Origin: an uncultured bacterium
GTDB lineage: Bacteria > Patescibacteriota > Minisyncoccia > Phycocordibacterales > UBA9973
Direction: 5' to 3'
Assembly: GCA_903894955.1 (NCBI GenBank)
Contig: CAITSA010000027.1
Span: forward strand, 1-54,044
Length of the DNA: 54,044 nucleotides
This document shows, one piece after another, positions 23,509 to 32,600 of this stretch. How positions within the stretch are numbered: the stretch's first letter is position 1; every line of letters begins with the position of its first letter. The translations under genes were made by a program, and so were the position numbers. The notes beneath the pieces are model-generated. The model had not been told where the DNA came from. It did no database searches and worked only from the letters and a program-made list of their open reading frames with translations.

Positions 23509-25002
23509 ATGAAGAAAAAATTTAATCACAAAATATTAATCATTGGTTACGGTTCGGTATCGCAATGCACCCTTCCGATTTTATTAGAAAAAATTGATGT
23601 TCCATTAAAAAATATCACCATCATCGATTTTGAAGATAAAGCTAAGGCTTTAAAGAAATACACAAGCAAAGGAATAAAATTTGTTCGAACCAAAATTACA
23701 GAGGAAAATATCAATAAAATCTTAGCCGAAAATGTAGATGATGGAGGACTCATCATTGATTTAGCTTGGAATATTGGTTGCAATACTATTCTAAAGTGGT
23801 GCCACGATCACCATGTTTTGTATGTGAATACTTCTGTTGAACAATGGGATCCAATGAAAGGAATAGATAAAAAAAGTCCCTTTGAAAAGTCCCTTTACTT
23901 CCGACAAATGCAAATGCGAGAAATGTCTAAGGCTTGGCCTAAAGATTCTACTTCCGCCGTAGTGGACCATGGCGCAAATCCTGGACTCATTTCACATTTC
24001 GTAAAGCAAGGTTTAGTAGATATAGCGACAAAATTAATTAAAGATAAAAAAGTATCCGCCAAAGGCGGACCAGCCTCTGGCTGGAAAGAAAGAGATATTG
24101 CGAAATTAAAAAATTATATAAAAAATAGAGAGTTTAATAAATTGGCCAAAGAGCTCAACGTAAAAGTTATTCATTGCAGTGAAAGAGATACCCAAATAAC
24201 TAATAGACCAAAAGAAGTAAATGAATTTGTCGGCACTTGGAGCATCGAAGGCCTCCGTGAGGAAGGCACTGCGCCAGCCGAAATGGGCTGGGGCACTCAC
24301 GAAAAGAAACTTCCTGCTTTAGCTCACATACCTAAAGTTGGTCCTAAAAATCAAATTTTCTTGGCACAAATGGGAATCAATACTTGGGTCAGATCTTGGA
24401 TACCTGATCAAGAAATCGTGGGAATGGTTATCCGACACGGTGAAGCCTTTGGACTTTCTGATCGCCTGACTGTTTGGCAAGATGAAAAAGCCAAAAAAAA
24501 TGCACTGTACCGACCAACCGTACATTATGCCTATATGCCCTGCCATGAGACATTGTCCAGTCTTTGCGAATTACGTGGACTCAATTACAATCTTCCATCC
24601 AAACTCCGAATTATGGGTGATGAGATTACCTCTGGAGCAGATATCTTGGGCGCACTTTTAATGGGACATCCATATAAATCTTGGTGGACCGGAAGTGATT
24701 TAAGTATCGAAGAAGCTCGACGCTTAGCTCCAGGACAAAATGCTACTACCCTACAAGTAGCCGCTGGGCTCATGGGAGCAGTTCTTTGGATGCTAGAAAA
24801 TCCAAAAATGGGAATTAATCTTCCTGATGATTTACCTCATGATTTTGTTCTAAAAGTTGCTAAGCCTTATCTCGGTAAATTTATTTCTACTCCTTCAGAC
24901 TGGACTCCTGTAAAAAATAAAACAGTTTATTTTAGAGAAAATCCAGCTAGTAAGCCAAACAAGGACGCTTGGCAATTTGAGAATTTTAAATTTTTACCAT
25001 AA
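23509..25002 (+). CDS. hss: Homospermidine synthase (bacterial Hss type)
   Basis: 497-aa ORF with the N-terminal Rossmann ILIIGYGSVSQ. Blocks HGANPGLISHFVKQ, SERDTQ, TWSIEG, AEMGWGTHE, YRPTVHYAY.PC and GQNATTLQVAAG match my recollection of bacterial Hss. Confidence 0.85.
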   Translation: MKKKFNHKILIIGYGSVSQCTLPILLEKIDVPLKNITIIDFEDKAKALKKYTSKGIKFVRTKITEENINKILAENVDDGGLIIDLAWNIGCNTILKWCHDHHVLYVNTSVEQWDPMKGIDKKSPFEKSLYFRQMQMREMSKAWPKDSTSAVVDHGANPGLISHFVKQGLVDIATKLIKDKKVSAKGGPASGWKERDIAKLKNYIKNREFNKLAKELNVKVIHCSERDTQITNRPKEVNEFVGTWSIEGLREEGTAPAEMGWGTHEKKLPALAHIPKVGPKNQIFLAQMGINTWVRSWIPDQEIVGMVIRHGEAFGLSDRLTVWQDEKAKKNALYRPTVHYAYMPCHETLSSLCELRGLNYNLPSKLRIMGDEITSGADILGALLMGHPYKSWWTGSDLSIEEARRLAPGQNATTLQVAAGLMGAVLWMLENPKMGINLPDDLPHDFVLKVAKPYLGKFISTPSDWTPVKNKTVYFRENPASKPNKDAWQFENFKFLP

Positions 25003-25018
25003 AAAAATAAATATTTAA

Positions 25019-25894
25019 ATGCCTTACTATTTAGGAATTATTTTTGCAGTTGTGGCTTTATTCTCTTGGGGATTTTCGGATTTCTATATTCAAAAATCTT
25101 CTAGGTCAGTGGGCATTTGGAAAACTCTCTTTACGGTGGGTGTTGTTGGTTGTATCGCCTTATTCCCTTTTATAAGAAATGAATTTTCTATCATAGAACT
25201 AAAAGACGTAATTCTTTTATCTATTTTAGGTATGGTGATTTTCTCTGCCTCATTGTTAAATTTCGCAGCACTTAAAAAAGGCAAGATCGCTATTGTAGAA
25301 CCTTTAATCGGAATGGAACTTCCTATCACCGTTGCTTTAAGTATTGGTTTTGGCAAAGAACATTTAACTTTGATTCAATTATTTTTAGTCGCAATTGTTT
25401 TCGTTGGTTTACTAATGGTTATTACCATGCACCATAAACACCTACACCAGACCCGAAGCACTATTGAGAAAGGCATCTTTCTCGCCCTAGGAGCAGCTAT
25501 TGGACTCGCTTTGACTAATTTCTTGGTTGGATTTTCCAGCAGGCAAATTTCTCCTCTAATGGTAATTTGGTTTGCTCAAACAATGTTATTTATTATTTCC
25601 ACAATATATTTAATATATACAAAACAATTCCACACAATGTTCTTGGATTTAAGATATCATTTAAAATCTACCTTGGGTCAAGGTGTGCTTTATAATTTAG
25701 GTTGGATTGCTTTTGCTTTTGCTACTACTATCCTCGCCACTTCCATCGTCACTGCCGTGAGTGAAAGTTATATTATTTTAGGTGTAATTCTTGGTATTTT
25801 TGTAAACCGCGAAAAATTGCGCCTGCATCAATTTATTGGTATTATTCTTGTTATCATTGGTATTCTTGGTCTTGCCGTATTAACAACTAGTTAA
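25019..25894 (+). CDS. EamA/DMT-family transporter
   Basis: 291-aa ORF with ten hydrophobic segments arranged as two EamA-like halves. Confidence 0.8.
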   Translation: MPYYLGIIFAVVALFSWGFSDFYIQKSSRSVGIWKTLFTVGVVGCIALFPFIRNEFSIIELKDVILLSILGMVIFSASLLNFAALKKGKIAIVEPLIGMELPITVALSIGFGKEHLTLIQLFLVAIVFVGLLMVITMHHKHLHQTRSTIEKGIFLALGAAIGLALTNFLVGFSSRQISPLMVIWFAQTMLFIISTIYLIYTKQFHTMFLDLRYHLKSTLGQGVLYNLGWIAFAFATTILATSIVTAVSESYIILGVILGIFVNREKLRLHQFIGIILVIIGILGLAVLTTS

Positions 25895-25900
25895 AAATTT

Positions 25901-26482
25901 ATGAAAGAATCATTAAACCAACCATCAAAACCAGAAACAATTTTTATTCATCTTACTGATGAAGAGGGGGCTTTAGGTAATCGAAAAACACTATCTAAGG
26001 TGGATAAAGATAAAAAAGGTATCGAAGAGCCATACATTTTTGAAGAGCCATTGAAAGGAATGCAAACCGTAGACTTTTTAGAAAAAACACCGGACAATAA
26101 AATACACGAACTTGGATTTTGCACTTTTAAGATTTACGAAAAACCAGTTCCCTTTGTCTATCTCTCTTGGACTGTTAAAGAAAATGACCCCTTGGCAAAA
26201 GAAGTCATCCCAGAAGATACAACAGTTGGAGATAAAATTATCCAAAAACTTAACTCTATTATAGAAGAAAAAAAATTATTTGGTGTTTTGGGAAGCATAA
26301 TTCCAAAAGGTACCTCTGCCTATAGTCTCTATGAAAGAAATGGATGGAAAGAACTCCGTGAAGATGCGGGTACTGTCTGGATGGGATATAATTTACCCGA
26401 AAACCTAGCTCCAGAACAAATAGCAGAAATTATAAAAGAAACTAAAGCTGACGATCCATATTTTGCCTCTCATGGAGGATAA
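25901..26482 (+). CDS. Uncharacterised protein, weakly GNAT-like
   Basis: 193-aa ORF inside the polyamine operon. The C-terminal SLYERNGWKE resembles the GNAT beta6-7 region. Weak. Confidence 0.45.
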   Translation: MKESLNQPSKPETIFIHLTDEEGALGNRKTLSKVDKDKKGIEEPYIFEEPLKGMQTVDFLEKTPDNKIHELGFCTFKIYEKPVPFVYLSWTVKENDPLAKEVIPEDTTVGDKIIQKLNSIIEEKKLFGVLGSIIPKGTSAYSLYERNGWKELREDAGTVWMGYNLPENLAPEQIAEIIKETKADDPYFASHGG

Positions 26483-26486
26483 TATA

Positions 26487-27434
26487 ATGACTGAAAAATT
26501 TACTAATAAAAAAATTTCTCCCGCTTCCTCTGTTAAATTAGAGGCAAACCAAACTGTTTTACAAGAAAAACTAAAGCAAGATTTTTCTGATTGTGCAACC
26601 ATCCAAAACTTAAATACTAATGAATTCCCTGGCAAAGAAGTATTTTCAATAGATGTAACAAATCCAGAAATTTGGAAATCGGCTGGTAAAGAAGAGCAAC
26701 TTTTAAAATATTTTGGTGAATTAAGTTTTATCGCTTTTGAACCACGAGACACCACTAGAGTATATAATTTACAAGACTCCGAAATTAAGAAGGACGCAAC
26801 CATAGATCTTGCAGAGGTAAAAGAATTTCAAAAGATATTAGTGATCGCAGAAAAAGAAAAAATTTTAGGATTTGCGGGAAGCCTTATGATACAAAAAGAC
26901 AATTTAAAGATGTCACTATTGTCTCTAATAGTAATAAATCCTGCACAACGTGGAGAACCTTTTTCAAAATTCTTAAATGAAAAATTTCTTTCCCAAGAAA
27001 ACATAGACGCTTATGGAGCTATAACCCATACCCCAGCCGCCATTAAAGCGCTCCTCAATGAAGGTCAAAGGCTAGGCAGAATTTCTTATTTTTGTGGACG
27101 AAAAGAAGGAGAATGGGGCAATTTGGGCAACAAGGAAGAACAAAATCGCATGCAATTTTTCGATAAAATTATACGAAATAACTACAAACTAGAATATGGA
27201 GACAGGTGCATAAGCGATATACCAGGATATTGTGGTATAAAAAAGTTAAATCAACCCGGAGTAATTGATCCTATCCCTCCGGTGAAAGAAGAAGAGTTAA
27301 AATTTGGAGGAAATAGTTTACTGGGACAAACATTTAGAAACGGACTATTAAAAATGAACGAAAAACATAAACCTCATACTATTTACGGGGTTTATGTTAG
27401 TTTTAAAAAGGACAAAATCATTGACAAACAGTAA
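26487..27434 (+). CDS. Uncharacterised protein, weakly GNAT-like
   Basis: The ORF track starts at 26463. ATG 26487 is preceded by GGAGGA at the proper spacing and follows the upstream stop. LIVINPAQRGEPFSKFLNEKF resembles GNAT motif A. Weak. Confidence 0.45.
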   Translation: MTEKFTNKKISPASSVKLEANQTVLQEKLKQDFSDCATIQNLNTNEFPGKEVFSIDVTNPEIWKSAGKEEQLLKYFGELSFIAFEPRDTTRVYNLQDSEIKKDATIDLAEVKEFQKILVIAEKEKILGFAGSLMIQKDNLKMSLLSLIVINPAQRGEPFSKFLNEKFLSQENIDAYGAITHTPAAIKALLNEGQRLGRISYFCGRKEGEWGNLGNKEEQNRMQFFDKIIRNNYKLEYGDRCISDIPGYCGIKKLNQPGVIDPIPPVKEEELKFGGNSLLGQTFRNGLLKMNEKHKPHTIYGVYVSFKKDKIIDKQ

Positions 27435-27498
27435 AATAAAAAATAAAATTAAGGCTCGTTATAAACTTATCAGTAAAAAACTTTAAACGAAAAAAGAA

Positions 27499-28854
27499 AT
27501 GATTAACGCTCAACAAAAAAAATTATTACAAGATCTCGCTGCCAAACATGGTACGCCTGTTTTGGTGGTGGATCATGAAAAGCTTCGGCAGAATTATTTA
27601 GAATTCAGAGAAAAATTACCAACAGTCCAAGCGTATTTTGCGGTCAAAGCTAATTCTGATCCAGCCATTATTAAAACAATGTATGACATGGGCGCTAGCT
27701 TTGACGTGGCTTCTTTTCAAGAATTCATGAAGGTCTACAACAACATCAAACATCTACCTGAAAAAGATCGACAACAATTTATTTGGGATAATATAATTTA
27801 CGCCAATACTATCAAACCAGCTTCTATTTTGAAAAAATTAAATATCTACAAGCCCTTAGTTACTTTTGATAACATTGAAGAATTAAAGAAAATAAAGAAA
27901 AACGCTCCGGATGTGCGTCTGGTCTTGCGAATTCGTGTACCCAACACTGGCTCGATGGTAGAACTATCTAGTAAATTTGGAGTTCATCCAGGCGAAGCAG
28001 TTGATTTAATGGAGGAAGCAATCAAAATGGGACTAGGAGTAGAAGGTATCAGCTTCCATGTGGGTAGCCAATGCAATAATTTTGAAAACTACGTCTTGGC
28101 TCTTTCCTTGTCTTCTTCTATTTTTAAAGAAGCAAAATTAAGAGGACTAGATATCGGCTTCACAGATAAAGACGGCAAGAGAATGAAAGTCTTAGACATT
28201 GGTGGCGGCTTCCCTGTCAAATATACACCGGATGTAAAGTCTTTCACCTTGCTCGCAAAAAAAATAAATTCAGAAATAAAAAGAATGTTTAATGGTGATG
28301 TCGACCCAATCGCCGAGCCAGGAAGATTCATGGTGGCCAATGCTTGTACTCTAGTTACAAAAATTATCGGCAAATCAATTCGCGACGGAAAAACTTGCTA
28401 TTATTTGGACGATGGAGTCTATAATACTTTTTCTGGCCAAATTTATGACCATCAGAGCTACCCTCTTCATTCTTTCAAAGATGGAGAGAAGAAAGTTTGT
28501 GCCACTTTTGGTCCCACTTGTGATGCCTTTGACACTATTTCCTTGTCAGATGAGTTGCCAGAAGATTTAGAAATTGGAGACTTGCTCTATGCAGAGAATA
28601 TGGGTGCTTACACCACTGCTTCTTCTTCTTTCTTTAATGGCTTTAAACCAACTAAAATTATTGCCATCAATAAATATGCTCCATTCGACCCATGTCCTTG
28701 TGGTAGCGGTAAACAATTTAAAGATTGTGGAATTCTAAATACAGAAGAACACACTTCCCTCCATCACTTGATGTCTAAAGACACAAATGGAAAGGAATCT
28801 AAAGAAAAGAAATCTGAAACCAAAGTTGTTGAAAAAGAAAAAGCACAAAAATAA
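27499..28854 (+). CDS. PLP-dependent ornithine (Orn/Lys/Arg group IV) decarboxylase with C-terminal SEC-C zinc motif and Lys/Glu tail
   Basis: YFAVKANSDP (PLP lysine), DIGGGFPV, EPGRFMVA and GPTCDAFD. The C-terminus adds PCPCGSGKQFKDCG (SEC-C motif) and a KE-rich tail. Confidence 0.85.
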   Translation: MINAQQKKLLQDLAAKHGTPVLVVDHEKLRQNYLEFREKLPTVQAYFAVKANSDPAIIKTMYDMGASFDVASFQEFMKVYNNIKHLPEKDRQQFIWDNIIYANTIKPASILKKLNIYKPLVTFDNIEELKKIKKNAPDVRLVLRIRVPNTGSMVELSSKFGVHPGEAVDLMEEAIKMGLGVEGISFHVGSQCNNFENYVLALSLSSSIFKEAKLRGLDIGFTDKDGKRMKVLDIGGGFPVKYTPDVKSFTLLAKKINSEIKRMFNGDVDPIAEPGRFMVANACTLVTKIIGKSIRDGKTCYYLDDGVYNTFSGQIYDHQSYPLHSFKDGEKKVCATFGPTCDAFDTISLSDELPEDLEIGDLLYAENMGAYTTASSSFFNGFKPTKIIAINKYAPFDPCPCGSGKQFKDCGILNTEEHTSLHHLMSKDTNGKESKEKKSETKVVEKEKAQK

Positions 28855-28890
28855 TTTATTTATTTAAACTCCAACTTTTTACGTACATTG

Positions 28891-28909
28891 GCCAAAGCCT
28901 TGCTTTGGC
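28891..28909. repeat. REP-like hairpin copy 1 (GCCAAAGC-CTT-GCTTTGGC)
   Basis: 8-bp perfect stem followed by AACTTTTT. It lies between the ODC stop and the transposase stop and could also act as a + strand terminator. Confidence 0.8.
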
Positions 28910-28915
28910 AACTTT

Positions 28916-29605
28916 TTATTCTTCAATTTTTATCCAATCAAAAATTTCTTTTTGAAAATCATGTTTAGTTTTAAAATAATCTAAAAAATTAATTCTATTT
29001 ATAATTTTATTTTCTGGTCTAATAATTTCTAAATAATCAGTGTAACTACTCCATTTATATGAATTCAAGAAAAATATAGCTTTCTTTTTATTTTTTATGC
29101 CCTTTTCTTTCCACTTAGAATCGATAAGCTTTAATGGATTAAGATGCATATATGAAAAAAGATATTTAGCTTGATTATCTTTGTTTATATGCACAGATTT
29201 AAATTTTCCTTCAAACAAAGATCCAGTTCTCTGGTATTTAGCATTAAAATATTTTGAATAAGCAGTTAAAACTTTATGCATAAAAATACTGATAGCATCA
29301 TCCTGCCAAAGCCTTGCTTTGGCAACTTCAACATTTGTTGTTAAATATAAATGAAAATGATTAGGCATAAGAACCCACGCACCGATAGAAACTATAGGTA
29401 TTCCCTTTTCAAAATCCCAAACATTAATCTTGGCTCTTATAATTTGTTCTCTAAAATTAACACTGCGTTCAGAATTACAAAGATATAAAAGTTGTAAAAA
29501 TCTTTCTCGGTCTTTATTATCTAAGAAAATTTTTTGCTTACTATTGCCTCTACTAAAGATATGATAGTATTCACCACCAACTAATGGTATTTTACGTATT
29601 GACAT
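28916..29605 (-). CDS. IS200/RAYT-like Y1 (HUH) transposase
   Basis: GEYYHIFSRGN..., the HUH motif in LMPNHFHLYL, and YSKYFN...GSLFEGKFKS...YMHLNP. The track start (29635, TTG) lies inside hairpin copy 3, so MSIRKIP at 29605 is the more likely start. Confidence 0.75.
   Translation of the reverse strand: MSIRKIPLVGGEYYHIFSRGNSKQKIFLDNKDRERFLQLLYLCNSERSVNFREQIIRAKINVWDFEKGIPIVSIGAWVLMPNHFHLYLTTNVEVAKARLWQDDAISIFMHKVLTAYSKYFNAKYQRTGSLFEGKFKSVHINKDNQAKYLFSYMHLNPLKLIDSKWKEKGIKNKKKAIFFLNSYKWSSYTDYLEIIRPENKIINRINFLDYFKTKHDFQKEIFDWIKIEE
29305..29323. repeat. REP-like hairpin copy 2, inside the transposase coding sequence
   Basis: Identical GCCAAAGCCTTGCTTTGGC followed by AACTT. It encodes AKARLWQ in frame. 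Confidence 0.8.
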
Positions 29606-29630
29606 AAAAGTATTGTAAACTATTCCATCT

Positions 29631-29649
29631 GCCAAAGCAAGGCTTTGGC
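29631..29649. repeat. REP-like hairpin copy 3 (loop inverted: GCCAAAGC-AAG-GCTTTGGC)
   Basis: Same stem with the loop complemented, followed by AACTTTTTT. It lies between the transposase start and the giant-gene stop. Confidence 0.8.
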
Positions 29650-29656
29650 AACTTTT

Positions 29657-32600
29657 TTAAGGTGTCAAAGTTGTTGAATCAGTGGAAGGAATTACTGCAG
29701 ATGTTGCTGGTAGTGAGCTTGTTTGCCCTGAGTCTGTCGAAGGCGTTGTCACTTCTGGCGTTGGAGTCTCCACTACTGGCTCGACCGCCGAAGCTGAAGT
29801 GGAGGGGGGAGTTGCTGGTTCTGTTGGTGCTGGAGTTTCAGCTGAAGGCTGGTCAGTCACTGGCTCTGACGTTGTACTTGGAGGATGTGCAAGCAAAAGC
29901 AGAGCGTGAACATCGTCTTTGGTTAAACACTCCCCATCCACACAAATTTTTTCTTTAGCATTAAATACATTTGCAAACACATTTCCGATACCATTCCCCG
30001 CATCCGCCAACCAAGTACCAATTTTAATTTTAATATTTGTAAAGAAAGCAGTCACAAAAGATTCCGAAGATGAACCAGGGATTGGGGTGACAGTGCCAGC
30101 CACTCCTTCTAAATTCAAATTCAATTCTTGAATAGCTTTAATAGCAATAGGAACCATTCCTATAGAATTTAAAGATTTCATTCCTTCTTCGTCAGTAGAA
30201 ACTAATTTAGGAACCAAGGCTTCAACTTCTTGAGCAATGAAACCGAGATTTTTAACTGAACCATCTGTTTCATAATTCCAGTTATACAACACAGGCCTTA
30301 AGGACATAACCGTACTTAATCCATAATTCATATCTTCAACATTTTTCTTTAATCGAGCATCGGAACTGCAAGCAATTAAACCTCCAGAAGAGAAAGTACA
30401 GCTAGTGGTATCACTAGCATCCGTAAATTTAGCAATAGTGGCATGAGTAACACTGCCTTTAACTTCTAAAGGAGCTCCGGGAGAGGTCGTCCCAATTCCG
30501 ACGTTGCCAGCAAAATAGTTTTTATCTGACGCACCGGCTTGATATAAACCAAATGGAGAATTTGTCTGTATGCCAGCTGTCTGCGACTCAATATAAACGC
30601 CATAGGTATTTGTCACTGTTCCTCCCGACCCATTATTTAAACCACCGGCATATAATGAATATGCGTTAGAAATTACAGCGCCAGCTACCGTCCCTTGATT
30701 CATCACAAAAGAATAAACTCCGTATGCATTTGTTAATACATTCGTATTTCCCGCACCTGGTGCATTGTATACAGCAAAATTGAGACCGTAAGCATTCGCC
30801 AAAGTGCCAGTTCCTTGGTGTTGGGCTTGCCCATTAATACCCATGATGTTTCCCGTATTATTATATGAACCCTGTTGCACTGCCTGAAAAACTCCAGCTC
30901 GATAGCTACCTGAGGTGCCTGCTGTCGGATTAGAATAGATTATAGGATTATCGGTCATGCTTGTCCCTGATGTAGTGGTATACGTTAGACTCGAAGTTAT
31001 CTTAGTAGCAGTGATTGCCCCAGCCGAAGTTACGTTAAATTGAGAAGATGAACCAACAGATAGCATTTGGGTTGGGCTTGTCGTCCCCACCCCCAATCTA
31101 TTATTTGTATTATCCCAGAAAAAATTAGCATTGTTCTGGGTCAGATATCCACTAGTTGTAGAAATAAAAGGTATTGAGCCAGCAGTTAAAGCAGTAGAAC
31201 CTGAAACTTGGGCTAAGATATTTCTAGTGGTCGAAGGGCTGAAATACAATTGTGTTCCATCATACTCCATTGCTCCAGCTTCGGCTGTTGTAAGATTTGT
31301 GCCGGATGTGAATTTGAGTGGAGCAGTAGAAGCAGTGGCTGTTCCAGCATTTAAATGAAGATAAGCAGTTGGAGAAGAGACTCCCACACCAACGGAACCT
31401 GTATTTGTTATTCTTAAACCATAATTACCCCAAGGTCCAATGACTAAATTACCAGTATTGACAGAGCCATTTGTAAAAATAAGTGCTGAATCGCCTGCTT
31501 GTGTAAGTCCGTTAAAAGAACCCACCGCAAGACTAGGATAAAGACGAATGGCATGACTATCAGAACCCGTAACTGAGAAAATACCTACAAATGATTGGCT
31601 TGCACCAGTGTCCAACGTCAAATTTCCCGAAAAATGACCAGCGCCAGCAACATCCAATTTATACCCTGGCGTCGCCGTCCCAATTCCGACGTTACCTCCA
31701 CTAAATGTAGCTGCATAATTAGTCGTACCTCCGGTTGCATTAACTACTAAACCAGTATTGACTGCAGAAGTCCCATTCCAAGTTCCAGTGCTTTCAATGT
31801 CCATTCCTATTTTGTTAATTGAAGCAGTACTTGAAGTATCGGTGACATTATGAAGGATACCAGTGTAGGCTGTGGTTTTTGCTGCTGAAGATACTGTGTG
31901 AAGTAGAGAGGTTGGAGAAGTGGTGCCGATACCGACGGAGCCGTTATTATTTATCGTCATTGCTAGTGTTGCACTACCAGCATTGTAAGGGTAGAAAACT
32001 AAATTTCCTGTATTGTCTGCCCCGTTTCTTACGGCTCCAATAGAACCAATTGGATTAATAACTCCTGCATCATCTTGAATATTAAAAGCTAATGCTGTCC
32101 CAAACCCATCTCCCATGTCAGAAGTTTTGGTTGTTAATACCCGAACACCCGCAAAAATAGAGTTCGATGTCTGACCACTTCTCTCAAATATTGCGGTGGA
32201 AGTAAGCGCTGAATTGACAGCGTGCAAAATTCCACTTGGCGTCGTCGTCCCAATCCCCACATTCCCACCACTAAAGGTTGCTGCATAATTGGTCGTACCT
32301 CCAGTGGCATTAACTACTAAACCAGTATTGACTGCAGAAGTTCCATTCCATGTACCAGTGCTTTCAATATCCATTCCTATTTTGTTAATTGAAGCAGTAC
32401 TTGAAGTGTCTGTGACACTGTGAAGGATGCCAGTGTAGGCTGTGGTTTTTGCTGCCGAGGAAACTGTGTGGAGCAGAGAGGTTGGAGCGGTTATGCCGAT
32501 GCCAACGTTGCCACCAAAATAATTAGTTCCACTAGATGAATAAAGTGCATAGTTAGCTGTAGCAGCTCCCGAGATATCCCCTATATACAATCCATATTTA

